From Burkholderiales bacterium (GTDB lineage: Bacteria > Pseudomonadota > Gammaproteobacteria > Burkholderiales > JACQAP01): a DNA stretch of 64,000 bases. The notes beneath the pieces are model-generated. The model saw only the letters and a program-made list of their open reading frames with translations, had not been told where the DNA came from and searched no databases. The position numbers and the translations under genes were made by a program. Positions 34,786 through 43,966 of the stretch are shown piece after piece. Every line of letters starts with the position of its first letter. Positions within the stretch are counted from its first letter, which is position 1. The DNA is taken from assembly GCA_046155535.1 (NCBI GenBank), contig JBJXFN010000155.1:635-64634 (forward strand). The letters run 5' to 3'.

Positions 34786-36018
34786 ATGAAATCCAATCAA
34801 CCCCTCATCAAATCCTGGACGCGGCGCGAGATTTTACGGGCCGGTTTCGCTGGTATCGGCGCAGGCAGCTTCGCATCCGTGCCCATGGTGTTTTCCAAGG
34901 CGCTTGCCGCGGAGGCGCCCTCCTCGAATCGCATTCTGGTGGTGCTGGAACTCTCCGGCGGCAACGACGGGCTTAACACGCTGGTGCCGTATACCGACGA
35001 TGCGTACTACCGGCACCGTCCGAACCTCGGCATCCGCGCCGAAAAGCTGCGCCGGATCGACGAGCGATTCGGATTCAATCCCGGCATGGCCGGCTTCGAA
35101 CGCCTGTTCAAAGACGGGCGGATGGCCGTCACTCACGGCTGCGGGTATGCACAGCCCTCATTTTCGCATTTCACTTCGATGGCCTACTGGCATACCGGCG
35201 CACCCAACAGCGGCGAAGAATACGGCTGGGTGGGGCGGGTCGCCGATGCCATCGATCCACAGTTGACGCCGAATTTTGTGATCAATATCGACGAAGCCCA
35301 GTCGCTCGCGGTCAGGGCGAGGGATCACGTGCCTGTGGTCTTTGATGACCCCGAAAAATTCGGCCGCAAGGGACTGCATCAGACACGACCTTTGCTCGAT
35401 GACGTGCCCGCGGCCCAGGATACAGCCAACGCTTCCCGGCAATTCCTCCACGGTGTGGCGCGCAGCGCGCGCGAAGCGTCACAACTGGTGCGTGAAGCCT
35501 GGACACGCTACAAGACTCCGGTGGACTACGGAGTCGTGTCGGTGGATCTGCCGAAAATCGCCTCGTTGATTGCAGCCGACTTCCCGACGCGGCTGTACTA
35601 CACCTCTTATCGCAACAACGCGTTCGATACCCATGTCCAGCAACCTGATCTGCACCAGCGCCTGCTGACCTACGTATCCGACGCGGTGGCGGGATTCATG
35701 AAGGATCTGGAACGCATCGGTCGCGCCGATGACGTGGTGATGCTGGTATTCTCCGAATTCGGACGGCGCGTTCCGGAGAACGCCAACCTGGGCACTGACC
35801 ACGGCACTGCGAACCACATGTACTTGATCGGCAAAAAAGTCCGCGGCGGGCACTACGGAACACCGCCCAGTCTTGTAAATCTGGACGAAGGAGACAATTT
35901 GCTGCATACCACGGATTTCCGCCGCGTCTATGCCAGCCTCATCGAGAACTGGCTGGGCTACCGCGACAGCGGAAAATTGTTTTCCGGGCGATTTGAGACT
36001 TTCCCGTTCTTCGCCTGA
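34786..36018 (+). CDS. DUF1501 domain protein (sulfatase/alkaline-phosphatase-superfamily-like), Tat signal
   Basis: ATG at 34786. It has a twin-arginine N-terminus (SWTRREILRAGFAGIGAGSFA), LELSGGNDGLNTLVP and a C-terminal GTDHGTANHMYLIG. Confidence 0.9.
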   Translation: MKSNQPLIKSWTRREILRAGFAGIGAGSFASVPMVFSKALAAEAPSSNRILVVLELSGGNDGLNTLVPYTDDAYYRHRPNLGIRAEKLRRIDERFGFNPGMAGFERLFKDGRMAVTHGCGYAQPSFSHFTSMAYWHTGAPNSGEEYGWVGRVADAIDPQLTPNFVINIDEAQSLAVRARDHVPVVFDDPEKFGRKGLHQTRPLLDDVPAAQDTANASRQFLHGVARSAREASQLVREAWTRYKTPVDYGVVSVDLPKIASLIAADFPTRLYYTSYRNNAFDTHVQQPDLHQRLLTYVSDAVAGFMKDLERIGRADDVVMLVFSEFGRRVPENANLGTDHGTANHMYLIGKKVRGGHYGTPPSLVNLDEGDNLLHTTDFRRVYASLIENWLGYRDSGKLFSGRFETFPFFA

Positions 36019-36093
36019 ACAGCTTGCGCGAAACACTGTCTGCCGGAGAAAATTTCAGGTTTAATATGCGCGCTGCGATAGACGATTCCCCGG

Positions 36094-36486
36094 GTGCAGA
36101 AATTGGAACTCCGTAACCAGAATTTCGACAAGATACTGGTCCTGTCTCCGGCAGGCAGAATCGATCACGCCAACTGCGATAATTTCCGCAGCCAACTGAG
36201 TCCGTTCATTGCCCGTTGCAAGGGCGACGGGGAACAACTGGTTTTCGATCTGGGCAATGTCGACTACATCAGCAGCGCGGGACTTCGCTGTTTCATGCTC
36301 GCCGAAAAACAGGCCAAGGCCCAGGGTGGCAGCATCGTCGTTGCGGCGATGCAACCGGTGGTGAAAGAGATTTTCGAAATCAGTCGCTTCACACTGGTGT
36401 TCGAAACATTTGACAGCGTCCGTGACGCTGTTGCAAAACTTGCCCCCGCCGCATTGCCCGCCTTTGACGTCAAATCGACGGCATGA
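36094..36486 (+). CDS. STAS-domain anti-sigma-factor antagonist (SpoIIAA/RsbV-like)
   Basis: GTG start at 36094. The pattern LVLSPAGRIDHANCDNF...LVFDLGNVDYISSAGLRCFM carries the conserved phosphorylatable Ser context (DYISSAGL). Confidence 0.85.
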   Translation: MQKLELRNQNFDKILVLSPAGRIDHANCDNFRSQLSPFIARCKGDGEQLVFDLGNVDYISSAGLRCFMLAEKQAKAQGGSIVVAAMQPVVKEIFEISRFTLVFETFDSVRDAVAKLAPAALPAFDVKSTA

Positions 36487-36487
36487 C

Positions 36488-37447
36488 ATGCGGGTACATT
36501 TCTGGGGAACACGCGGTTCGATACCGGTTTCACTGACCACCGCCCAACTGCGCGGCAAGATCGAGAAAGTCCTCCAGCTCGCGATCGAAAAAGGAATCGA
36601 CAGCCCGCACAAAGTGGGCGCCTTTCTCGATAATGACCTTGAATTCTGCCTCGCCAACACTTTCGGCGGTCATTCTCCCTGCGTGGAAATCGAAACCGGT
36701 GGTCCGGAGTTTCTGGTTTGCGACGTAGGCAGCGGCGCACGTGCCTTGGGTACTAGCATCATTTCGCGGCTGGCGGGCCGCACCAGGCCAGTGGTCAACG
36801 TGGTGATGTCCCATGTGCACTGGGACCACATCATGGGATTTCCTTTTTTTGCGCCGGCCTACTTGAAAGACGTGCGCATCCGGATTCACGGATGTCACGA
36901 CACGCTGGAGCAGGCATTTCGTCTGCAACAATCGGCGCCGTGTTTTCCGGTGGAATTTTCCAAGCTCGGCGCGGATATCGAATTCGTTCCCCTGCGGGCC
37001 GGACAGACGACTCAGATTGCAGGTTTCCATGTCACGCCCAAACTGCAACGCCACACGGGCGACTCTTTCGGATATCGGTTCGAACGCGATGGCAAAATTG
37101 TCGTCTATTCGACAGATTCCGAACACAAACTCGAAGTCCCCGCGGAAACCGAGTCCTTTGTCGAGTTTTTCCGGGGCGCGGATCTGATCATCTTCGATGC
37201 CATGTATTCGCTGCTGGATGCGGTCACCATGAAAGAAGACTGGGGACATTCGAGCAACATGGTGGGTGTGGAACTTGCCCAGCTGGCAATGGCTAAACAT
37301 CTGTGCCTGTTCCATCATGAACCCGCGTTCGATGACGAGCGCATTGCCTCCATTCTCAATGAAACCGTTCGCTTCGAACAACTCACTCGAGGGCCCCGGA
37401 AGCTGACCGTGACGGCGGCCTACGATGGATTGGAAATCGAGGTTTGA
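36488..37447 (+). CDS. MBL-fold metallo-hydrolase
   Basis: The ATG at 36488 is 1 nt after the STAS stop. It has the HxHxDH motif (MSHVHWDHIMG) plus a later YSTDSEH and a C-terminal FHHEP. Confidence 0.85.
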   Translation: MRVHFWGTRGSIPVSLTTAQLRGKIEKVLQLAIEKGIDSPHKVGAFLDNDLEFCLANTFGGHSPCVEIETGGPEFLVCDVGSGARALGTSIISRLAGRTRPVVNVVMSHVHWDHIMGFPFFAPAYLKDVRIRIHGCHDTLEQAFRLQQSAPCFPVEFSKLGADIEFVPLRAGQTTQIAGFHVTPKLQRHTGDSFGYRFERDGKIVVYSTDSEHKLEVPAETESFVEFFRGADLIIFDAMYSLLDAVTMKEDWGHSSNMVGVELAQLAMAKHLCLFHHEPAFDDERIASILNETVRFEQLTRGPRKLTVTAAYDGLEIEV

Positions 37448-39606
37448 AGCAACCCAGCGAGCCCGGCGCAACGTTTTTGCACTCCGTGCGCGATGCAGTG
37501 TTGAGCGCACTGGTCAGCGGTCGCGGACGCACGATCGGCACTATCCTCCTTGCCGTATTCCTGCTGGTTTCCTTCCTGCCTACGCAACCGCTGTTCGCCG
37601 GACTTCAATTCGCCTTGTTCGATGGGTATCAGCGCCTGTCGCCGCGGATACCCAGCAGCGCACCAGCCGTAATCATTGCAATTGACCAGAAGAGCCTGGA
37701 TCAACTCGGCCAGTGGCCGTGGCCCCGCACCATCATGGCGAACCTGATCCAGGCTTTGGGGAAAATCGGCCCCGCTGCAATCGGAGTGGACGTTCTGTTC
37801 TCAGAGCCAGACCGCATGTCTGCGGCAAACGTTGCACGCGTGGTCGAACGACTGGACCCCGAGATCGCGCGCCGGTTGAAAAAACTGCCGGACAACGATT
37901 CGATTCTGGCCGCCGCGCTGCGACAGCACCCAGTGGCACTTGGCGTGGCCGGGGCGGAGACCCTCGAACCGGGCATTCGCGCAACAGGACGTGCGGCGCC
38001 ATTCCGTGTGCGCGGCGAGGATCCGTCTGCGTTTCTGCGATCGTTTGCGGGCGCCACCCGGAGCCTTGAAAAGCTCGATGACGCGGCAGCCGGGCACGGA
38101 TTGATCAGCGCGGATCCCGGCGCCGGCGTGATCCGAAGTGCGCCCTTGTATGCGTCGATCGGTGGCATGCTGATGCCGGCGCTATCCGTGGAGTTGCTCC
38201 GACTGGCCGCGGGAGAACAGGGGTTTACCGTTTTGGGAAATGCCTCCGGCTCAAGCGAAATGCAAATCGGCGATGTTGTCCTGCCCACCGATGAAAGCGG
38301 TTCCATCTGGGTGCATTTCAGCCTGCACGACCCCCGGCGTTATGTCTCCGCCATCGATGTGCTGCGCGGGGACGTGGACGTGGAGAAAATCCGAGGAAAG
38401 CTGGCGCTGATCGGGGCAACAGGTATCGGCCTGCTGGACTACAAAACCACGCCGCTTGGCGAACAAATACCCGGCGTCGAGATTCATGCTCAGATCCTGG
38501 AAGGCATTTTCGAAAATTCCCTGCTTCAGCGGCCGGCCATGCTCAGATGGATCGAGAGCGGGTTGGTCGCTTTCTGCGGAGTCATCCTGATCTTTGGCAT
38601 TCCCGCTGTGCGGCCGCGTTATTCCGCCGCAATATACATAGGCATCATGGTCGGGCTCGCTGCCTTGGGCTTCGCGCTTTATTACTGGTTTCATCTGTTG
38701 CTCAGCATTGTCCTGCCGGCGGCAACGGCCAACGTATTGTTCGGCGTCATGCTTAGCGGCACACTCATTGACGAAGACCGCCAGCGCCGGGCATTGCGTC
38801 ACGCACTTGAAATCGAGCGCGAATCTGCCGCCCGTGCGGCCGGCGAACTGGAAGCCGCCAAACGAATACAAATGGGCATGCTGCCGCCGACCTCTGCCGA
38901 CTTCTACCAGGATCGGCGATTCGAACTGGAGGCGACTATCGAGCCCGCCAAGTCCGTTGGCGGCGACTTGTATGACTTTTTCAAATTGGGCGACGACCGA
39001 CTGTTTTTCCTGGTCGGCGACGTCGCCGGCAAAGGACTTCCGGCGAGCATTTTCATGGCGGTGAGCAAGGCGCTTTACAAAAGTGCGGTGTTGCGCAGCC
39101 AAACCAGCGTTTCACCCGGCATCGGAGAAGTCATGCAGGCGGCCAACGAAGAAATCGCCCGGGACAATCCCGAGATGCTTTTTGTGACCGTCATCGCCGG
39201 CATTCTGGACCTGCACACCGGAATTGTGGAACTGTGCAACGCCGGCCACGACGCGCCGCTTTCCTTGCGGCCCGGGGCGTCGGGACCCGTGCGGATCGAC
39301 TTTGACGGCGGCCCGCCGCTGTGTGTGATCGCCGACTTTGTCTATCCGTCACATACCTGCCAGTTGGCGCGGGGAGAAATGTTGTGCCTCTACACCGATG
39401 GCATCACCGAAGCGATGAACGCGCGAGGAGAATTGTTTGGCAAGACTCGATTGCGGGGAGTGCTGGAGCGGTCGATGAAACAGCGTGATGCCACGGTCGC
39501 GCTGATCAGAAATATCCGCCAGGATGTGCAGGATTTTGTCGGGCAGACGGAACGCTCGGACGACCTGACGATCCTGGCCTTGCTCTGGAACGGTCCGGAC
39601 GCATGA
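37444..39606 (+). CDS. CHASE2 sensor domain / PP2C (SpoIIE/RsbU-type) serine phosphatase
   Basis: TTG at 37444 overlaps the upstream stop (the start is uncertain). There is an N-terminal TM segment, a ~300-aa periplasmic CHASE2-like region (IIAIDQKSLDQLGQWPWPR...DVLFSEPD), three TM segments, and a PP2C domain (GGDLYDFF..FFLVGDVAGKGLPASIFMA, LYTDGITEA, SDDLTILAL). Confidence 0.85.
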   Translation: MKQPSEPGATFLHSVRDAVLSALVSGRGRTIGTILLAVFLLVSFLPTQPLFAGLQFALFDGYQRLSPRIPSSAPAVIIAIDQKSLDQLGQWPWPRTIMANLIQALGKIGPAAIGVDVLFSEPDRMSAANVARVVERLDPEIARRLKKLPDNDSILAAALRQHPVALGVAGAETLEPGIRATGRAAPFRVRGEDPSAFLRSFAGATRSLEKLDDAAAGHGLISADPGAGVIRSAPLYASIGGMLMPALSVELLRLAAGEQGFTVLGNASGSSEMQIGDVVLPTDESGSIWVHFSLHDPRRYVSAIDVLRGDVDVEKIRGKLALIGATGIGLLDYKTTPLGEQIPGVEIHAQILEGIFENSLLQRPAMLRWIESGLVAFCGVILIFGIPAVRPRYSAAIYIGIMVGLAALGFALYYWFHLLLSIVLPAATANVLFGVMLSGTLIDEDRQRRALRHALEIERESAARAAGELEAAKRIQMGMLPPTSADFYQDRRFELEATIEPAKSVGGDLYDFFKLGDDRLFFLVGDVAGKGLPASIFMAVSKALYKSAVLRSQTSVSPGIGEVMQAANEEIARDNPEMLFVTVIAGILDLHTGIVELCNAGHDAPLSLRPGASGPVRIDFDGGPPLCVIADFVYPSHTCQLARGEMLCLYTDGITEAMNARGELFGKTRLRGVLERSMKQRDATVALIRNIRQDVQDFVGQTERSDDLTILALLWNGPDA

Positions 39607-39674
39607 ACCGGACATCAAAACAGTCACTACGCACGAAGGCCGTCCGCCAGGCGACGGGGGCCGGGACCAAAGCT

Positions 39675-40328
39675 TCAGCGAACGCTGATTTCGACCCGGC
39701 GGTTCTGCGGTTCCCGGACGTTTTTTGCGGTCACCACCAGTGGCTCGCGATTTCCTCGGCCGGCAACGGCGATCCGATCGGCGGCAATGCCTCTGCGGAC
39801 CAGGTCATCCTTCACCTTTTGTGCGCGTTGACGGGACAACTGGTCGTTGAACGAATCGGTACCGACGGCGTCCGCATGCCCGATTATCAGAATTTCAGGG
39901 TCCGGGCGCTTGTCGATTTCCGTGAAAAAAGCCAGGATTTCCTTTTCAGATTCCGGTATCAGGTCGTCCCGGCCTTCGAGAAAATAAACCAGAAAACTCG
40001 TTGGCCGGCCCGGCAAGGCATCCAATGTGGTACCGAATTCGCGCCGCGTGCGCGAACGGTTGTAGGTCACCGGCGCCAGGTTGCCGGCGTGCGATACTTC
40101 CGCGCCGGCGTAGGCAGTGTCCAGAAGCAGAGACTGCCCCTCACCCGCGCGAACGATTACGCCGCCAATTTTTCCGTTCGGCTTGGGCAGGAGTACGACC
40201 AGGTCATTTCGCCCGTCCGTACCGGACGCCGCCTTGCTGCGCGTTGATGACCCCGTTTGTGCACAGGAGGATAAAAAAAGTACGGCGATGCAGAGCATCG
40301 CCGTACGGCACCCATGCTGCTTTTTCAT
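39675..40328 (-). CDS. OmpA-family lipoprotein
   Basis: The ATG at 40328 overlaps the FecR-like stop (ATGA). It has a lipobox (LFLSSC) and a C-terminal OmpA domain (IIGHADAVGTDSFNDQLSRQRAQKV...NRRVEISV). Confidence 0.85.
   Translation of the reverse strand: MKKQHGCRTAMLCIAVLFLSSCAQTGSSTRSKAASGTDGRNDLVVLLPKPNGKIGGVIVRAGEGQSLLLDTAYAGAEVSHAGNLAPVTYNRSRTRREFGTTLDALPGRPTSFLVYFLEGRDDLIPESEKEILAFFTEIDKRPDPEILIIGHADAVGTDSFNDQLSRQRAQKVKDDLVRRGIAADRIAVAGRGNREPLVVTAKNVREPQNRRVEISVR
40273..40306 (-). terminator. terminator-like hairpin + U7 inside the OmpA-family signal-peptide codons
   Basis: On the minus strand GTACGGCGATGC-TCT-GCATCGCCGTAC (a perfect 12-bp stem, 40280-40306) is followed by T7 (A7 on the plus strand at 40273-40279). 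It covers codons about 8-19 of the OmpA-family ORF. Confidence 0.45.
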
Positions 40329-40804
40329 CAGTTGGTCGCGGGCTCGTCAACTTTGACCACGAATTCCGTGCCTCGCACGCCCATGATGGCGGCGGGTGTC
40401 CGAATGCGCATCGCTTCCGGCGACTGCTTGACAATTTTTCCCGACACCACGGCAAGTGTCCCTTTTTTCAGCTGGGTATCGAATTGGCCGACGTGCGTGG
40501 TGCTGTCGAAGACGAATTTTTCGATGACCAGTTCGCTGTTGGGCCCGGCAGACAGCAAGCTGTTATCGTGAAATGTGATGCCCACCGATCCATCAGCGCC
40601 CGTTTTGACGGTGTCTTTCACCTCGATGGAAAATCCGACTGGTGCAGCCATCCGTTTGCCGTCGCGCATGACGAAAACATCTCCTTTGGCCACTTTCACG
40701 CGACCGGCGTCCGCTGCTATGGCATCCGCCGACACCATCAGGCCGGAAGCGGCAACCATGGCGCCAATCATGACAAACTTGCGTATATTGAAGATTCCGT
40801 TCAT
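40328..40804 (-). CDS. FecR-domain periplasmic protein
   Basis: 158 aa with a signal/TM segment (FVMIGAMVAASGLMVSADA). G.V.V.kGDV.V...G.......G..I...D.V.TG.DGSVGITF.D.S....GPNSELVI is the FecR-like beta-sandwich pattern. Confidence 0.8.
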   Translation of the reverse strand: MNGIFNIRKFVMIGAMVAASGLMVSADAIAADAGRVKVAKGDVFVMRDGKRMAAPVGFSIEVKDTVKTGADGSVGITFHDNSLLSAGPNSELVIEKFVFDSTTHVGQFDTQLKKGTLAVVSGKIVKQSPEAMRIRTPAAIMGVRGTEFVVKVDEPATN

Positions 40805-40923
40805 TTTTGTCTCCTGTTACCCAAAATTCTTTCCGCAGCCTTTGCGGATACGAACCTAATGGCAGCAAAAACCGTGCACAGCCTTTCCCCGCTGCCAGGC
40901 CCATCCCTTGCGTATGGGTCTGA

Positions 40924-41382
40924 ATGGCAGTCTATACCGAGGTTTTTGTGGAGGATATCTTGAATCGCGTCAGCCGGATATTCCCGGCAAGCAGGCCTGC
41001 CTTCGACAGTATCAAGACTTTGATCGAGGAATTCTGCGGCATGGCAAACCTGTCCAGCGAAGATCGCCACAAATTGACGTTAATTGTCGAAGAATTGTTC
41101 GTCAACACCGTGACACACGGACACAAGGGCGATTGTGATGCGCCGGTTTCAATCACCTTCGAGGAAGTCGGCACCCTGGTCACCCTGGTGTACGAGGACA
41201 CGGCCCCCCCTTTCAATCCATTGAGTGGTGGCACGGACACCGATCCGGAAGCGCTCGTCCAGGCCCGCCGGGTGGGCGGACTCGGTGCCTTCTTGACCGT
41301 TCAACTCACCCGCGGTGCCGAATACAGTTTCAACGATGGCCGCAACAGGATTCGCCTGCTCTATTCTCCCGCTCAGGTGTAA
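40924..41382 (+). CDS. anti-sigma regulatory factor, RsbW/SpoIIAB-type serine kinase (HATPase_c)
   Basis: 152 aa. N-box EELFVNTVTHG, acidic DTAPPFNP and G-box GGLGAFL. Confidence 0.8.
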   Translation: MAVYTEVFVEDILNRVSRIFPASRPAFDSIKTLIEEFCGMANLSSEDRHKLTLIVEELFVNTVTHGHKGDCDAPVSITFEEVGTLVTLVYEDTAPPFNPLSGGTDTDPEALVQARRVGGLGAFLTVQLTRGAEYSFNDGRNRIRLLYSPAQV

Positions 41383-41389
41383 GGCGTAG

Positions 41390-43966
41390 TCAGGAACGCA
41401 GCCAACGCCACGCCAACGCAGACCGGCGCGCAGCGATGTCAATAAGAAAATACAATAAAGCCATCAGGGCAAACCCGGGCCACAGCCGGTGCGCAGTGTG
41501 ACTTCGGTCACCCTGCGAAGCGAAAATCTGCGCGGCATCGGCACCGCGCCTACCCCCGGTGTGTTTTGCCAAAGTGTCGAGCAATTCGAGGTCAGGAGGC
41601 CGAAAACGGTACTCATCCGCGTATTGGGCAGACAAATAGCGTGCGCCGGCGCGCGCGATCGAGGACGCACCTATGCCGGCAGAAGGCAACAACTCGAAAC
41701 CGGCCGTCGCCGCCGGACCCAGTGGAATCCTACCCACATAAGTTCCCGGTCCGCTTTGACGCAGCAACACCGTTTCGCGCACGCCATCGGCGCGGCTTAC
41801 CCGAATTCGCGGCGCCAGCGAATCCAGAAACTGTCCCTCCAGCGACAATGCCGAAAGGCTCATCAAAGCCAGGTCCCTTTGCCTCACCACGCGGAAATCC
41901 AGCCGTTCGCCTGAATCACGCCGCAATAATTCGCGAACCGTCTGTCCCCAGAGTTTTCCGAAACCTTTCCACTCCAGCCAGTTCACGGCCCAGCGACTGC
42001 TCGCATCGGAGGCAAACATCGCCACCTTGCCCAAACCGTACTGCCAGCGCGTCAGCACTGGAGAACCGGCGGGCGTCGTGAGCAGCACCTCGGCAGTATC
42101 CCGGGGTTTGGTACTCACGTAACCCTTGAGTTCTGGCAGGGCGTTCATGTCCAGCCCCTGAAAAACCTGGCTCTGGCGTGCCACCACCGGTTTGAAGGAT
42201 TCTTCCTGCAAATTGGAATGCACCGCCCGGCGGGTCTCCTCCACAAAGATCTGCGGAATGGCTTCCGCGCTCAACGTCACATAGGCGCGGCCCTTGCCCC
42301 ATCTGGCGATGTCGCTCATCAATCCCCGGTCTGCTCCTTCCCCGATCGCCACCGTCGAGACCACGATTTTTTCCGCGGTCATGCGTTTGAGCAGAGTCTC
42401 GAAGTCCGCCGGATGGGTATCACCGTCCGAGAGCAAAATGACATGCCGCGCCTTGGCATCGGATTTCTGCAGCAACCGGTACACAATCCCCAGCGCCGGA
42501 TAAATGTTTGTCTGGCCGCTGGCCTGGACGCGGCTGATCTGATCCTCGGCCTTGCGGCGCGAGCGAGCCGTCTGCATGGGTACTGCAATGTAGGGCTGCG
42601 AATCGAATGCCACCACGGCAAATTGGTGCTGCTCTTCCAACAGATCCAGCGCCGCGCGAGTGGCCTCCTTGGCCATTTCCACCTTGCGGCCCTTCATCGA
42701 ATAGGATCGATCCAATGCAATCACCAACGCAAGATCCTGGTGTTTTTCCCGCGCCTTGAACTGCACCGGGAGAATTTTTTCCGCCACAGTGCCGCTATAG
42801 CCCTTCTCGCCGAACACATTCTCGCCGCCGATAAACAACAGTCCGCCGCCATCGTCCCGCACGAATTTTTCGATCCGAATCATTGTCTCGACAGACAACG
42901 CCGCAGCGGGCACATCGCTCAGAATCAGGGCTTCGTATTCCGCGAACGCGTCAACCATGGCTTCCAGTTCCGCCGGCGCCGCCAGGTTCACCTGCATGCC
43001 TTCTGCCGTCAGTGCGTCGCGCAGAGAAACTGCGCGTTCCGGCTGGCTGTCCACCATCAAGACTCTGGCTTTCGCACCGACCCACACCTGCCGTTGCAGC
43101 TGGTTGTTGTCGGGCACTTTGTCCTGCGCAGAAGTCAGTTGCGCGCTGAGCATTGCCGGTCCGGGCTTGGAAATGCGCAGCTCGATTTCCACCGGATTGA
43201 ATCCCGGTTTGAGCGTGACGTTGCGCGCAGCCAGGGGTGTGCTGCTGTTCCGGATCAGGATACGCGCCCGGGTTTCCTGCGGCGCGAATACACGCACCGT
43301 AACGCTCATCGGCTCGCCGGCGCGTGATCCCTCCGGTACTGCGAAACCGTCCAGCCAGACATCGCCCTCGTCACGTACCCGGGCGGCAACCGGGTAGACG
43401 CGCACGCCCGCCTCTTGCAGTCGCGGCAACAATTGCCGGACTTCTCCCTCAGTCTGGTTGCCATCGGTCATCAACACCAGCCGTTTCACCCGTTCGCGGT
43501 CCAGGCCGAGCAAGGCCACCTCCACCGCCTGTTCCAGATTGGTGGCCGCCTGATCGAGCACACCGTCACGCCGCGCGCCTTCCGACACCGACAGCGCACG
43601 GATCGCATCGGGAGAGTCCACCATCACGGCGCGATCCGCAAATGCCAGGTAACGGGCACTGGCCGGTTGGTGCCGGCGATTCGATTCCTCCATCCATGTG
43701 AGTGCGGCGTCGATGAATTCGGAGGAAACGCTCCGCGACACATCCAGCGCATACACCACCGATACGTCGCTGGATTCCGTCAGCCATTGCGGTCGCATCA
43801 GCGCCAATGCCAGACAGGCAATGCCCAGCATGCGCAGTCCGGCCACAGTCTTCAAGTGCCGCGGCGACAGCGTGGTGTGGGTGTGTCGCGCGATCCACCA
43901 GGCAACAGGGATGGCCAGCAGCAACATGGCTGGCCATCCAGACTGAACGCTCAATGGCAGGTTCAT
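41390..43966 (-). CDS. large membrane-anchored VWA-domain protein with GATase1-like module (Bat-operon type)
   Basis: The ATG at 43966 overlaps the upstream stop (ATGA). It has N-terminal TM helices, a first VWA-like region (VVYALDVSRSVS), a GATase1-like segment (EALILSDVPA...GGGLLFIGGEN), a second VWA domain with a MIDAS motif (VIALDRSYSMKG...SGQTNIY...LLSDG) and a C-terminal TM segment. Confidence 0.8.
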   Translation of the reverse strand: MNLPLSVQSGWPAMLLLAIPVAWWIARHTHTTLSPRHLKTVAGLRMLGIACLALALMRPQWLTESSDVSVVYALDVSRSVSSEFIDAALTWMEESNRRHQPASARYLAFADRAVMVDSPDAIRALSVSEGARRDGVLDQAATNLEQAVEVALLGLDRERVKRLVLMTDGNQTEGEVRQLLPRLQEAGVRVYPVAARVRDEGDVWLDGFAVPEGSRAGEPMSVTVRVFAPQETRARILIRNSSTPLAARNVTLKPGFNPVEIELRISKPGPAMLSAQLTSAQDKVPDNNQLQRQVWVGAKARVLMVDSQPERAVSLRDALTAEGMQVNLAAPAELEAMVDAFAEYEALILSDVPAAALSVETMIRIEKFVRDDGGGLLFIGGENVFGEKGYSGTVAEKILPVQFKAREKHQDLALVIALDRSYSMKGRKVEMAKEATRAALDLLEEQHQFAVVAFDSQPYIAVPMQTARSRRKAEDQISRVQASGQTNIYPALGIVYRLLQKSDAKARHVILLSDGDTHPADFETLLKRMTAEKIVVSTVAIGEGADRGLMSDIARWGKGRAYVTLSAEAIPQIFVEETRRAVHSNLQEESFKPVVARQSQVFQGLDMNALPELKGYVSTKPRDTAEVLLTTPAGSPVLTRWQYGLGKVAMFASDASSRWAVNWLEWKGFGKLWGQTVRELLRRDSGERLDFRVVRQRDLALMSLSALSLEGQFLDSLAPRIRVSRADGVRETVLLRQSGPGTYVGRIPLGPAATAGFELLPSAGIGASSIARAGARYLSAQYADEYRFRPPDLELLDTLAKHTGGRRGADAAQIFASQGDRSHTAHRLWPGFALMALLYFLIDIAARRSALAWRWLRS

